Source: Patescibacteria group bacterium (GTDB taxonomy: Bacteria > Patescibacteriota > Microgenomatia > UBA1400 > PJMF01). From it: DNA of 59,895 bases. Shown here one piece after another: positions 1 to 9,637 of the stretch. Location: assembly GCA_040879165.1 (NCBI GenBank), contig JBBDKV010000028.1:1-59895 (forward strand), written 5' to 3'. A program made the position numbers and the translations under genes. Numbering within the stretch: position 1 is the stretch's first letter; every line of letters begins with the position of its first letter. The notes under the pieces are model-generated. The model was not told the origin of the DNA. It was given only the letters and a program-made list of their open reading frames with translations, and made no database searches.

Positions 1-2
1 GA

Positions 3-1190
3 ATAGCAGCGATCTTATTAGCCATTTTCATTGCAGCGCTCATTATTTCCCACCTTATTTCAATGATACTTTTTGTTCCGATTTTACTGGGCTTGCTAGC
101 TCTTCAGTTACTTGGTCAGAATCAAGTTTCTAAATCTCAACTCATTCTACGCTCAACTTGGATACTATCAGCATTGTTTGTAGGCTTACTGCTATCAAGC
201 TGGTATTGGCTGCCGGTTGTTTTTGAGAGGTCATTTATTCAATTTGGCTCTTCTCAACTTACAGATATATATATTGATCATTTTGTATCTTGGAGAGACT
301 TGTTTTCCCTCACTAGAGAGATCGATAGTAGTCCGTATTTTCTCGAGGTGATACAGGTAGGTTGGCTGGCAGTATTCGCAGCAGTGAGTAGTGTGCTAAT
401 TTTTTTGAAAAAATTCTTTGTGCCCGAGCAAACCAATCTTGTTATTTGGTTCTGGGCAAGTATTTTGTTTGGATCATTTTTTTTAATTACCCCTCAGGCA
501 GCTTTGCTTTGGAGTTTAATTCCAGGTCTAGATAGTACGCAATTTCCTTGGCGCTTACTCTGGATTTCACAATTAGCTGCAGTATCCATTCTAGCTTTAA
601 TTTTAGTGGCGCAAAATAAACTTTGGCAACAAGTAATGGCTGGCATTATTTTGATCAGTACTCTATGGTCAGTGTTTGCATATGCACAGCCGAAGGGTGT
701 CACATCTAGGGTGGATTATGAATGGTATGAATCAGTAGAGACAGGATCAAGTTTTGATGAGTTCCGTCCAATATGGGCTAAAGACAACTATAACCTGCAA
801 GATCGCATTGTATTTGTTGCCGATGACATGTCTGCTGAACCTAAAATTGAGGTTCAAAGTTGGACTGGCACGAAAATGGAGTATATTGTCCAGACAGATC
901 AAGCAGGATCGGTGGTACAGAAGACTCTCTACTTTCCAGGTTGGACAGTGTTAATTAATGAAGAAGGCCAGCCGATTAATTTTCATTTACCTGGCTATGA
1001 GGGATTGATAGCCTATGAGATTCCTGCTGGAAGTACGCAAGTAGCAACTAGTTTTTCTGGGTCTACCGCTGCGCGCAATGGTGGAAAAATTGCAACAGTA
1101 CTTGGAATAGTAATACTTGGTGCAGTTTTGGCAAAACCATATTTATATTTTTTTAATGCTAATAGCCATGCCAATAGAATTTCCAAGTAG
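3..1190 (+). CDS. Multi-pass membrane protein, GT-C/YfhO-like (6-pyruvoyl-tetrahydropterin synthase-related membrane family); 5'-partial
   Basis: The frame is open from base 3 (IAAILLAIFIAALIISHLISM...), so the gene starts before the window. It has many TM segments, a TQFPWRLL motif and a C-terminal LYFPGW soluble domain typical of YfhO-like proteins. Confidence 0.65.
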   Translation: MAAILLAIFIAALIISHLISMILFVPILLGLLALQLLGQNQVSKSQLILRSTWILSALFVGLLLSSWYWLPVVFERSFIQFGSSQLTDIYIDHFVSWRDLFSLTREIDSSPYFLEVIQVGWLAVFAAVSSVLIFLKKFFVPEQTNLVIWFWASILFGSFFLITPQAALLWSLIPGLDSTQFPWRLLWISQLAAVSILALILVAQNKLWQQVMAGIILISTLWSVFAYAQPKGVTSRVDYEWYESVETGSSFDEFRPIWAKDNYNLQDRIVFVADDMSAEPKIEVQSWTGTKMEYIVQTDQAGSVVQKTLYFPGWTVLINEEGQPINFHLPGYEGLIAYEIPAGSTQVATSFSGSTAARNGGKIATVLGIVILGAVLAKPYLYFFNANSHANRISK

Positions 1191-1202
1191 AATGAGAGAT
1201 TT

Positions 1203-2204
1203 TTATATTTCTCTATGCTCCTCGCTCTCAAGCGCTGCTTTGTGTTTCTTTTTGAAGCTAGTGCTTGCTACATCTTCAGTTCGCTCAGCGGTTACGTGCC
1301 AACGATTGAGCAGCGTAATCAAAAAATAACCCATAACTGCCAAGCCAATAATCAGCAGCACAGTTGAGTCAAATTGAGCGGGTAGTACATTAGCATCCTG
1401 CAGTGTTACTTCCACGCCTTTACTATTGATCCGGGTGCTCAAGATTTCTTTCCACGGCCAGAGTTTGCGCAGTGAGCCAATCATAAAACCGGTCAGAGTT
1501 GCTACCACAATGTCATGATGCTTGGTGAACAGCCAATTGAGCAGGCGAGAAAAGAAAGCTAAGCCAATTACCGCACCCAGAGCTACTAAGCCAAGCACAA
1601 AAAAATCTCGATCAGACACAGCATGAACAATTTGTTCGTACTTGCCCATGATCAGTAGCAAAAATGAGCCAGAGATGCCAGGTAGGATCATGGCACAAAT
1701 GGCGATCGCGCCGCTGAGGAAAAACATCAGCGGAGTATCTGGTGTGGAAACGGGCACCGCACCGACTATCCAGTACGCTGCAACAGCGGCAAGCATCAAT
1801 CCAGCTTTGTCATGAAAGTCCCAGGTCACAACCCGCTTGCTGACGAGCTGAATTGACGCGAGCACTAATCCAAAGAAAAAAGCGAAGACATATGGTTGGT
1901 AATGTTCTAACAAGTGCACTAATAAGCTGGCAAGTGAAAGTACCGCAACACCCAGACCAAGCGCGAGGGGAACTAAAAAGCTAAAAGGAATTTTTTTCCA
2001 AGCTTCGACAAATCTACCCTTGATGACGAGACGTAGGAACTCGCCAGTCATTACTTTAATGGAGTAAATTAATTCTTCGTAAATGCCAAAAATAAAGGCA
2101 ATGGTGCCGCCAGAAACTCCCGGCACTAAGTCAGCAGCTCCCATCATGAAACCCACACTCCCCACTTGGATTTTGCGCTTGAGAGACTGAGATGAATCGG
2201 ACAT
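1203..2204 (-). CDS. DUF368 family membrane protein (undecaprenyl-phosphate translocase-like)
   Basis: Duplicated motifs GAADLVPGVSGGTIA and AICAMILPGISGS are characteristic of DUF368. Confidence 0.85.
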   Translation of the reverse strand: MSDSSQSLKRKIQVGSVGFMMGAADLVPGVSGGTIAFIFGIYEELIYSIKVMTGEFLRLVIKGRFVEAWKKIPFSFLVPLALGLGVAVLSLASLLVHLLEHYQPYVFAFFFGLVLASIQLVSKRVVTWDFHDKAGLMLAAVAAYWIVGAVPVSTPDTPLMFFLSGAIAICAMILPGISGSFLLLIMGKYEQIVHAVSDRDFFVLGLVALGAVIGLAFFSRLLNWLFTKHHDIVVATLTGFMIGSLRKLWPWKEILSTRINSKGVEVTLQDANVLPAQFDSTVLLIIGLAVMGYFLITLLNRWHVTAERTEDVASTSFKKKHKAALESEEHREI

Positions 2205-2334
2205 GCAGTATAGTGTATACCAAGCTGCTGGACTTGTCTGCAGAAAAATGGCTGCTATGATGAGCTAAAGTGAAAGTTGCAGTAGTAATTTACAGTGCTC
2301 TGACAGCTTGTGCAGTACAGATAGAAAGGCCGCT

Positions 2335-3396
2335 ATGCACGACAAAATTATTGTTGGACTGATTTTCGGTGGGCGCTCTGCTGAGCATGAGGTGTCGATC
2401 ATGTCTGCGCGCAATGTTGCAGCTGCGCTCGATCCTGAGAAATACCTTGTTCGCTTGATAGGCATTACTAAGTCTGGTGCTTGGCTTTTTGATGATGCTC
2501 CGCGCCGGGTCATTGAAGATCCAACGCAGCAAATCTTACCTGAGCAAGCACTTGACACTAATCCAATGGTAGCTCTAAGTGCACATCAATCTGAGTCGTC
2601 AACTGATTCAACGGCTATTGATGTTATTTTTCCAGTTTTGCATGGTCCGTATGGCGAAGATGGAACGGTACAGGGTTTGGCAAAAATTCTTGATCTGCCT
2701 TGTGTTGGGGCAGGCGTGATAGGCTCAGTGCTGGGTATGGACAAAGACGTGATGAAGCGTTTGTTAGTGCAAGCCAAGATTCCCATTGTTGAACACATCG
2801 TGCTGCGCCATGGTGACAAGCGCCCAAATTTTGACCAACTCAGCAAGAAATTAGGGCAGACTTTATTTGTCAAACCAGCTAATTTGGGATCATCAGTGGG
2901 CGTCAGTAAGGTGACTTCTCAGCAGGAGTTGTCAACAGCGCTTGATACAGCGTTTCGGTACGATCGAAAAATTATTATCGAACAGGGTTTAAACAAAGTT
3001 CGTGAGATCGAGATTGGTGTCTTGGGTAATGATCAACCAGAAGTATCAGTGCCAGGCGAATTAATGGTTGCCGATGATTTTTATTCGTATGACGCTAAAT
3101 ATGGCACTGAGTCTCAAACAAAAGATCAGATCCCGGCTCAAATACCCAAGAAAATAGTTGCGGAAATTGAGCAACTCGCTCAGCAAACTTTTCAAGTTCT
3201 TGAGTGCCGGGGCATGTGTCGGGCTGATTTTTTCCTCACTGCAGAAGGCAAGATTTACTTGAATGAAATAAATACGCTGCCCGGCTTTACCAACATTAGC
3301 ATGTATCCCAAACTCTGGGAGGCAAGTGGCATGTCACAGCGCGAATTGGTGGATCGGTTGATAGCATTGGCGATGGAGGAAGGTGCTCAATATTAG
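2335..3396 (+). CDS. ddl: D-alanine--D-alanine ligase
   Basis: Motifs GGRSAEHEVS, FPVLHGPYGEDG, KPANLGSSVG, FYSYDAKY (Tyr retained, D-Ala-D-Ala type) and NEINTLPGFT. ATG 2335 follows an SD-like GAAAGG. Confidence 0.95.
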   Translation: MHDKIIVGLIFGGRSAEHEVSIMSARNVAAALDPEKYLVRLIGITKSGAWLFDDAPRRVIEDPTQQILPEQALDTNPMVALSAHQSESSTDSTAIDVIFPVLHGPYGEDGTVQGLAKILDLPCVGAGVIGSVLGMDKDVMKRLLVQAKIPIVEHIVLRHGDKRPNFDQLSKKLGQTLFVKPANLGSSVGVSKVTSQQELSTALDTAFRYDRKIIIEQGLNKVREIEIGVLGNDQPEVSVPGELMVADDFYSYDAKYGTESQTKDQIPAQIPKKIVAEIEQLAQQTFQVLECRGMCRADFFLTAEGKIYLNEINTLPGFTNISMYPKLWEASGMSQRELVDRLIALAMEEGAQY

Positions 3397-3488
3397 TTGT
3401 CAGTTGAGAACTAATATGCATCTCAAACCAACACGTTGCACACTAACAAACTCTTTTTTCTTTCGACCAAGCCCAGTATACTAATCAC

Positions 3489-3986
3489 ATGCTCCAACCA
3501 ATGCTCTACTTGCTAACTGCGGCAATTCTTACAATCATGTTTTTTTTCATGACGATGTCGAGCACAATGTATCAGTCGCATACGAGTCGACAGGAAATAC
3601 CTGAGGAATTGTCACATCTAAGCCCACAGCAATACAGAGTATTGTATGAGAATAAGACAGAGCCGGAGTATTCAAGTCAGCTGGTAGAGGAAGATAGACC
3701 AGGAATATATGTAACCGCAGATACGGGACTGATCGTGTTTGATTCCAGTCATAAATTTGGTGCAGAAACTGGCTTGCTTGGGTTCACTGAAGCGGTGGAA
3801 GAAAATGTGTATACTCGAGAAGTGAGCGGGTTATTTTCGAGCCAAATTGAAGTACGTTCCAGAGATACCAGTGCTTATTTAGGCGAACTACTTGATGGTG
3901 GACCAGGACAGGCAGGGCAACATTACTCTATCAACGGTAGTGCACTGGAGTTTATTCCCGATGATACTGCGGGCGAAGCTTTTTAA
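3489..3986 (+). CDS. Membrane-anchored MsrB-like protein with degenerate active site
   Basis: The MsrB scaffold is recognisable (LSPQQYRVL..TEP, GIYV, FDSSHKF, INGSALEFIP), but GWPSF, HLGHVF and RYCIN are replaced by GLLGF, YLGELL and HYSIN. There is an N-terminal hydrophobic helix and a TATACT-6nt-ATG start. Confidence 0.8.
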   Translation: MLQPMLYLLTAAILTIMFFFMTMSSTMYQSHTSRQEIPEELSHLSPQQYRVLYENKTEPEYSSQLVEEDRPGIYVTADTGLIVFDSSHKFGAETGLLGFTEAVEENVYTREVSGLFSSQIEVRSRDTSAYLGELLDGGPGQAGQHYSINGSALEFIPDDTAGEAF

Positions 3987-4043
3987 TTGCTGTCACCAAC
4001 ATCTGTATGCAGCTATTTTTTAGAGAGCAGTTATAATATCCCA

Positions 4044-4968
4044 ATGCTCGAATCATTTTACGATTTCACCATTGCTCGTTACGCGAGTTGGGATGCTGTG
4101 GATTACTCTGAGGTTGCCAAGGCTGACCTAGTGCAAGTGCTTGGGTTTGTTGAGGGTGGCATCTATCACTCAAAGTCGATGGTTTGGGAAGGTGACACTA
4201 GTGCAGCAGAATCAGCGAAGCAGTTTATTTTTACTAAAAAAGACCGGAAAACTATTGCCAAGCAACAGTCTTATTTTTTTGGATCGCGGCTATACGTTTC
4301 AGGTTGTGCCACTGACTCTTGAGTTATACGCTGAATTTTTTGAATTATACCAAGCAACCACCATGCAGAAAGCTAGAGCTGCCACCTATGATCTTGACGC
4401 AGTAGTTAAGGGCAAAGTTTTGACAGGTAGTGAGATGTACTTGGCTGGATTATTTAAGAATTCAAAGTTGATGTCAGGATTAGTTTTTAATTCTTATAGG
4501 AATGTTGTCACAGTGTTTTTTGGCGCAAAACAGCGTTTTGAGAATATTTCTGGGGGAATTGGTGGATTGCTCGAATACTTATTACTCGACTTTGCCTACA
4601 AACATGACATCAAAACTATCACGCATGGCAGGAGCAAAGTACCTACTGGGCTGATTTCGGGTGCTGGTTTATTTGCTTTTAAGGCTCGCTACGGTTTTTC
4701 TGCCTTTCCAGATCGGGAATGGGTCACTACCTTCGTGAGGAATCCAGCGATTTTTGTCAGTGATGCAGTTTTTATTACTATAGCGGATAATCAATTACAG
4801 TATTTGGTGTTAGCTCAAGAACCAAATGAAGAATTGCTGAAGCGCTATCGAACGCGGATTATACGCACAGTCGAGTTGAAAGGGATGACGGAAGTTGCCA
4901 AGCAGCACAGGCAATTTCTCACCCAGGCAGAGCAAACGTCTCAGCAGGCAACTGATATTGCTCAATAA
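4044..4968 (+). pseudogene. GNAT/FemAB-like protein split by a frameshift at a T7 run (4274-4280)
   Basis: ORFs 4044..4322 and 4141..4968 join into one 307-aa frame (..QQSYFLDRGYTF..) if one T is removed. A GLFAFKARYGF GNAT-like motif is present, and TATAAT-6nt-ATG precedes 4044. Confidence 0.7.
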
Positions 4969-6490
4969 TTTCTTGGTGAGCGGGAGTATCTTTTACCAAA
5001 ATTAGCACATAGTCATCAACGTAAATCGGTTCCCACGCTTCATCTCGAATTCGCCGAATCATAAACGCTTGCCCCCAATTTGTCATGTCGTGACGATAAA
5101 AATAAATAGCGCCAAGATCATAGCGCTGCACCATTGCCTCCCAGACGACTTCATCAGTTTGAGCAGCTATGTATTCGTTAATCATAAAGTCGCCAGGATA
5201 GGCTTCTGGTCGATTATCTACAAACACTCGTGTCTCGGGATATAAATCAAAGATCAAAAACCCGCCAATATCATAATTATTAAACAAATTGCCCTCGATT
5301 TCTAGGCTTTTGAAAAACGCGGCTGATTGTCTATTTGCGGGAAGTAGGCCGAGTCCGTATTGCATGCCGATGGGAGCAATATTTGCTGTAGTCAGCCAGC
5401 TAATTAGCACAGCTCCACCAATGACTGATCCTAGGCTAAGGCGAATCGTTTCTGGAATTTTTTGACGTGCCAGAGCCAGCCAATTTTTGATTTGCTGCCA
5501 CCCTCCACTGCCGATCCAAAACAGTGCCACCAGCGCGAAAATAGACTCGTAGCGGGTAATAAAAGCGGTGAGTAAGCTAAAAATGAGTACTAATAGATTG
5601 GGAAAAAGGTGCTTGGTTGATTTTTTGCGTCTCAGCAATGGCACCGCTGCCAAAAAATTAAACACCAAGACTGCTAATGTTAAATACACATAGTACGGGC
5701 GAGGGTGATATTGGAGGAAAAACCAGATGCTTTGATTCTCAGCTACTCGATAGGCATAGTTGTTAAAAATTTGCAGTGGAAAAAGGATGCCTTGTAGACC
5801 AACGGGATTGAGCAGACAAATACTAGCCGCCGCCAGGCCAATACCAACTAACTGACGCAGTCGTACCCAATCACGTTCTGCCAACAACTGAAAACCAGCC
5901 GCGCCAAGAATGACGCCGCCAAAGATAAAAAATATATGTGTGTTAACCCAGAAGAACATGGTTAGTACCCAGATTAGGGTAAATTTCCAGGGAAATGATG
6001 GCTGCGTTTTTGATCTCAGCCATCGCCAGGTTAATATCGTTAAGCCACTAAAAATAACCAGGCTAACTGCTTCAGGCCTGACTTCCGCTCGATGCGCCAG
6101 AATTGGCAGTAGTAGAAATAAACCACCAGATAGTGGCAAAAGTAGTTGGCGCTGAAATGCTCGCACTCCAAATACCATAATCAGCACCCCTGCCATAGAG
6201 AGTGCCATACCTGTTAGACTGAGCAGTTCAAAGCCACCCATTTGATAGACCAGAAATGCCAGTACACCAAAAAGCCAGTGATGATTAGGTACAGAAAATT
6301 CTGAGTTGGTAAATGAGTAAAAATTAGTTGAAAAAACGCTGCCAGATTGGAGAATCACTTGGCCGTTCATCAAGTGCCTGCCTAGATCACTGGCAGTGAA
6401 ATTGATGCGTTGCATATAGAGGGCAGCCAGCCAAAGACAGAGAAGGATTAGGATAGCCCATTGAAACCAACGCTGTTGCCAGATTTGCAT
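4919..6490 (-). CDS. Multi-pass membrane protein, probable GT-C fold glycosyltransferase
   Basis: About 11 TM segments, DLGRHL, RPE, WVNTH and FVDNRPE motifs, and a C-terminal soluble domain. TACTAT-6nt-ATG start. Confidence 0.6.
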   Translation of the reverse strand: MQIWQQRWFQWAILILLCLWLAALYMQRINFTASDLGRHLMNGQVILQSGSVFSTNFYSFTNSEFSVPNHHWLFGVLAFLVYQMGGFELLSLTGMALSMAGVLIMVFGVRAFQRQLLLPLSGGLFLLLPILAHRAEVRPEAVSLVIFSGLTILTWRWLRSKTQPSFPWKFTLIWVLTMFFWVNTHIFFIFGGVILGAAGFQLLAERDWVRLRQLVGIGLAAASICLLNPVGLQGILFPLQIFNNYAYRVAENQSIWFFLQYHPRPYYVYLTLAVLVFNFLAAVPLLRRKKSTKHLFPNLLVLIFSLLTAFITRYESIFALVALFWIGSGGWQQIKNWLALARQKIPETIRLSLGSVIGGAVLISWLTTANIAPIGMQYGLGLLPANRQSAAFFKSLEIEGNLFNNYDIGGFLIFDLYPETRVFVDNRPEAYPGDFMINEYIAAQTDEVVWEAMVQRYDLGAIYFYRHDMTNWGQAFMIRRIRDEAWEPIYVDDYVLILVKDTPAHQEIIEQYQLPAETFALPG

Positions 6491-6596
6491 ATATGTATAG
6501 TACTTGTCAGCGTGAGGTTGGGCAAGCGGCTAGCAGCACCGATGTATCCCGTTTTGTGAGAGATGTACGCTATTTTCGTGAGTGATAAATAACTGA

Positions 6597-6974
6597 CTAC
6601 TCTTTGAACTTGCCAGCTTTGCGTTCTTTAACTTTGTTCATTGAGTCCATCAGTCGCTCATGAAGATTGATTTTTTTGATGCGGGCCATGCGAAGGATGC
6701 TCATCAGAATGTCGCCCAATTCTTGTTCGACGGTTTCGTCAATTTGCGCGCGCAGGTTGGTTTTCTTACGACCGTGTTCGGCGAGGTATGCGCGCGCCAT
6801 CTCCCCAATCTCTTCAACCAGACCAAGAATCAACATTGAGCCAAATTCTCTTGAGTCACGCTTGCCTTTATCAACTTCATTGAGCATCTTAAAATACTCT
6901 TTGAATGGCGTGTCGTAATATTGCGCTCTTTTCTTTTGGGTTTTGTTTGTTTTTGCTGTGGATTTTTGAGGCAT
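6597..6974 (-). CDS. MazG-like nucleotide pyrophosphohydrolase
   Basis: LVEEIGEMA and ELGDILM acidic motifs of the all-alpha NTP-PPase fold. Confidence 0.8.
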   Translation of the reverse strand: MPQKSTAKTNKTQKKRAQYYDTPFKEYFKMLNEVDKGKRDSREFGSMLILGLVEEIGEMARAYLAEHGRKKTNLRAQIDETVEQELGDILMSILRMARIKKINLHERLMDSMNKVKERKAGKFKE

Positions 6975-7032
6975 AAGTATAGTATACAGTGTCTACGCAA
7001 GACTCGACAGCTTGACGTATACTAAAGGCAGT

Positions 7033-8829
7033 ATGTCACAGATTCAGCAAGTTAAGGACGCGCATAACATCGTCGATATCATCGGTAATCGATTGACGTT
7101 GCAGCGAGCAGGCTCTAATTTTAAGGGGTTGTGTCCGTTTCATAGTGAAAAAAGCCCTTCTTTTTTTGTCAGTGAAGAAATGCAGCGCTTCAGATGTTTT
7201 GGTTGTGGCGAAAGTGGTGATGTATACACCTTTTTAGAAAAATATGAAGGCATGACGTTTGCTGAGGCGTTGGAAACACTGGCTAAAGAGGCGGGTATCC
7301 AGCTGGAGCAGTTTGTGCCAGACAAGCAGGATGAGCTGCGGTCTGAGTTGCTGGCGGTGCTTGATTTGGCTCGAGAATATTATCATTGGTTGCTAACCAC
7401 CCATGCAGCTGGCAAGCCAGCTCGCGAATACCTCAAGGAGCGAAAAACAAGTCAAGAATCTATCAAACAATTTCAGATGGGCTTTGCCCTGACGCAGTGG
7501 GATGGTTTGATCAAATTTTTACATGGTAAGAAGAAGTATTCTCTAGAGGTGCTGGAGCAGGCTGGATTGGTCATCCGTTCTCGATCGGGACGAGTCTACG
7601 ATCGGTTTCGCGGTCGAGTGATGTTTCCGCTGCGTAATCATCGGGGACAAGTAGTTGGTTTTTCGGGTCGCCTGCTGCCTACTCTAGCTGAGGGTGATGA
7701 TGAGGGAGCGAAGTACATTAATTCTCCAGAAACGCTGGTCTATCACAAAAGTGAGCTGTTGTTTGGCTATAGTGAGCTACTGCAAGCGATTCGCAAGCAA
7801 TCTCGCGTGATTTTAGTCGAGGGTGAGTTTGACGTAATTTCATCTGCGCAGGCGCACGTTTCTCATGTAGCTGCCATTAAAGGTTCGGCATTGACACCGC
7901 AGCACGTTCGATTGCTTGGGAGAACGGTTGATGCAATTGTGTTGTGTCTCGATGCAGACAAGGCTGGTATTGCAGCCACCCAAAAAGCCATCGAAGTAGT
8001 CAACGCCGAGCAATTATCTAGAGAGCGACCGTTAGAATTGCGAGTACTGCGCATTCCAGGAGGGAAAGACCCTGATGATCTGGCCCGCAGCGATCCCAAA
8101 GCATGGCGAGAAGCAGCTAAGCACTCAATTTCCGCCTATGATTTTCTGATAGAAGTAGCTTTTGAACAGCATGATGCCAACTCGGCTTCTGGAAAACGCT
8201 CGATTATGCAGTTTGTAGCGCCGTGGCTGGCTAAAGTGCAGCACGCAGTGGAGCGCGAGCATTACGTGCAAACTCTGAGTAATCGTTTAGACGTGAGTGA
8301 ATCTAGTATCGAAAAGGATCTCAAAATTGCTGCTCGGCCAGAGCGACGAAAACGGCAATCAAAATCAGCAGATAGTGAGGAGCACACTAAGGAGCTCACT
8401 CGCCAAGAACAATTAGAGCGACGATTATGGTTCTTGGTATTGCACTCAAAGGGCGATCAATTTCTCCAACGCTTAGAAAAATTTTCAGAGCATGAGCTGA
8501 TTATGCCAGGTGCCCAAATGTTGCTGAAAGCACTGCAGTCCGCGCAAGCACACGATTGGCAGACAATAGCCCGCAATTTGCCTAAAGACCAGCAGGAATT
8601 AGTCTTTGAGTTGTATAGTGAGGAATCAGTGCTCGATCAAGACTACGAAGTGACGACAGCTGAGTGGCAACGTACCTTGACCCAGTTAAAGCAAGAAGTG
8701 ATACATGGTCAAATTCAGCAGATAAGTGATGCATTAGAAAAACTTGAGCAGAAAAAAGAATTGAGTGAGGAAGAACAAAATGAGCAAGATGAATTATTGA
8801 GAACGTTGGTTGCGTTGCGAAGGAAGTAA
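7033..8829 (+). CDS. dnaG: DNA primase
   Basis: Zinc finger CPFHSEKSPSF...CFGC, DRFRGRVMFP, KYINSPET, TOPRIM VEGEFD / DADKAG and KDPD. Confidence 0.97.
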   Translation: MSQIQQVKDAHNIVDIIGNRLTLQRAGSNFKGLCPFHSEKSPSFFVSEEMQRFRCFGCGESGDVYTFLEKYEGMTFAEALETLAKEAGIQLEQFVPDKQDELRSELLAVLDLAREYYHWLLTTHAAGKPAREYLKERKTSQESIKQFQMGFALTQWDGLIKFLHGKKKYSLEVLEQAGLVIRSRSGRVYDRFRGRVMFPLRNHRGQVVGFSGRLLPTLAEGDDEGAKYINSPETLVYHKSELLFGYSELLQAIRKQSRVILVEGEFDVISSAQAHVSHVAAIKGSALTPQHVRLLGRTVDAIVLCLDADKAGIAATQKAIEVVNAEQLSRERPLELRVLRIPGGKDPDDLARSDPKAWREAAKHSISAYDFLIEVAFEQHDANSASGKRSIMQFVAPWLAKVQHAVEREHYVQTLSNRLDVSESSIEKDLKIAARPERRKRQSKSADSEEHTKELTRQEQLERRLWFLVLHSKGDQFLQRLEKFSEHELIMPGAQMLLKALQSAQAHDWQTIARNLPKDQQELVFELYSEESVLDQDYEVTTAEWQRTLTQLKQEVIHGQIQQISDALEKLEQKKELSEEEQNEQDELLRTLVALRRK

Positions 8830-8879
8830 TTTTCTCAGCTTCTCTGGTTTCTGTATAGGACATTCTTTCCAAAGACTCC

Positions 8880-8909
8880 TTGACAATATACCCCCATAGG
8901 GTATATGCT
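8880..8909 (+). promoter_or_regulatory. Sigma70 promoter with a CsoR/RcnR-type operator in the spacer
   Basis: TTGACA 8880-8885 and TATGCT 8904-8909 (18-nt spacer). A perfect inverted repeat ATATACCC-ccata-GGGTATAT (8886-8906) has the C-tract/G-tract form of CsoR-family operators and lies directly upstream of the CsoR-family gene. Confidence 0.85.
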
Positions 8910-8918
8910 GTGATTCTA

Positions 8919-9218
8919 ATGTCAAAGCTTACTACCAACTGTACACCCGCTGATTCTCTCACCGCAAGTCCTAAAAAAGATGCCAAGAGCGATCCTATTG
9001 TGACGCGTCTGAATCGAGCGCAGGGTCAGCTAACTGGAGTGGTTGGGATGTATGAAGAGGGACGCAACTGCGTTGAGATCGTCCAGCAGATTTTGGCGGT
9101 TCGCAACGCACTTGGTAGCGCAGCTCGGGTGATGCTCAGCACTGAGGCAACTCGCTGTTCTCGAGAAAGAAAAGTGGAAGAACTCGATGCGGTGATCAAA
9201 GAGTTATTGCGAGCCTAG
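8919..9218 (+). CDS. CsoR/RcnR-family repressor, CstR-like (x-C-E-C fingerprint, no His)
   Basis: RLNRAQGQLTGVVGMYEEGRNC..QQILAVRNAL...EATRC. Confidence 0.88.
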   Translation: MSKLTTNCTPADSLTASPKKDAKSDPIVTRLNRAQGQLTGVVGMYEEGRNCVEIVQQILAVRNALGSAARVMLSTEATRCSRERKVEELDAVIKELLRA

Positions 9219-9258
9219 GTATCAAGTAGCGTAGTAAATACTTATAAAGGAGATATAT

Positions 9259-9597
9259 ATGGCAGATGCACAAGCAATCCACCTTAATCAGGATACTTTT
9301 CAGGCCACCATTGATGAGGCTGGAGAAAAACCGGTATTTGTAGACTTCTATGCAGATTGGTGTGGTCCATGTCAAATGGCTGCTCCAGTTGTTGAGGAAT
9401 TAGCTGGCGATTACGCAGACAAGGCTGTTATTGCGAAGGTCAACGTTGACGAAAACCAAGAATTGGCGCAGCAATACCAAGTGGTCAGTATTCCAACAGC
9501 GGTTATTATCAAAAATGGTGAACCGGTGGATCGGATGACTGGCTTCTCTGGCAAAGACGGCTTTACAAAGTTGATTGACAAGGCTCTTGAAGCGTAG
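9259..9597 (+). CDS. trxA: Thioredoxin
   Basis: FYADWCGPC active site; SD AAAGGAG. Confidence 0.96.
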   Translation: MADAQAIHLNQDTFQATIDEAGEKPVFVDFYADWCGPCQMAAPVVEELAGDYADKAVIAKVNVDENQELAQQYQVVSIPTAVIIKNGEPVDRMTGFSGKDGFTKLIDKALEA

Positions 9598-9637
9598 TTG
9601 GCAGTAGCACGTCTAGGCTGACTAAAAAAGGAACACT

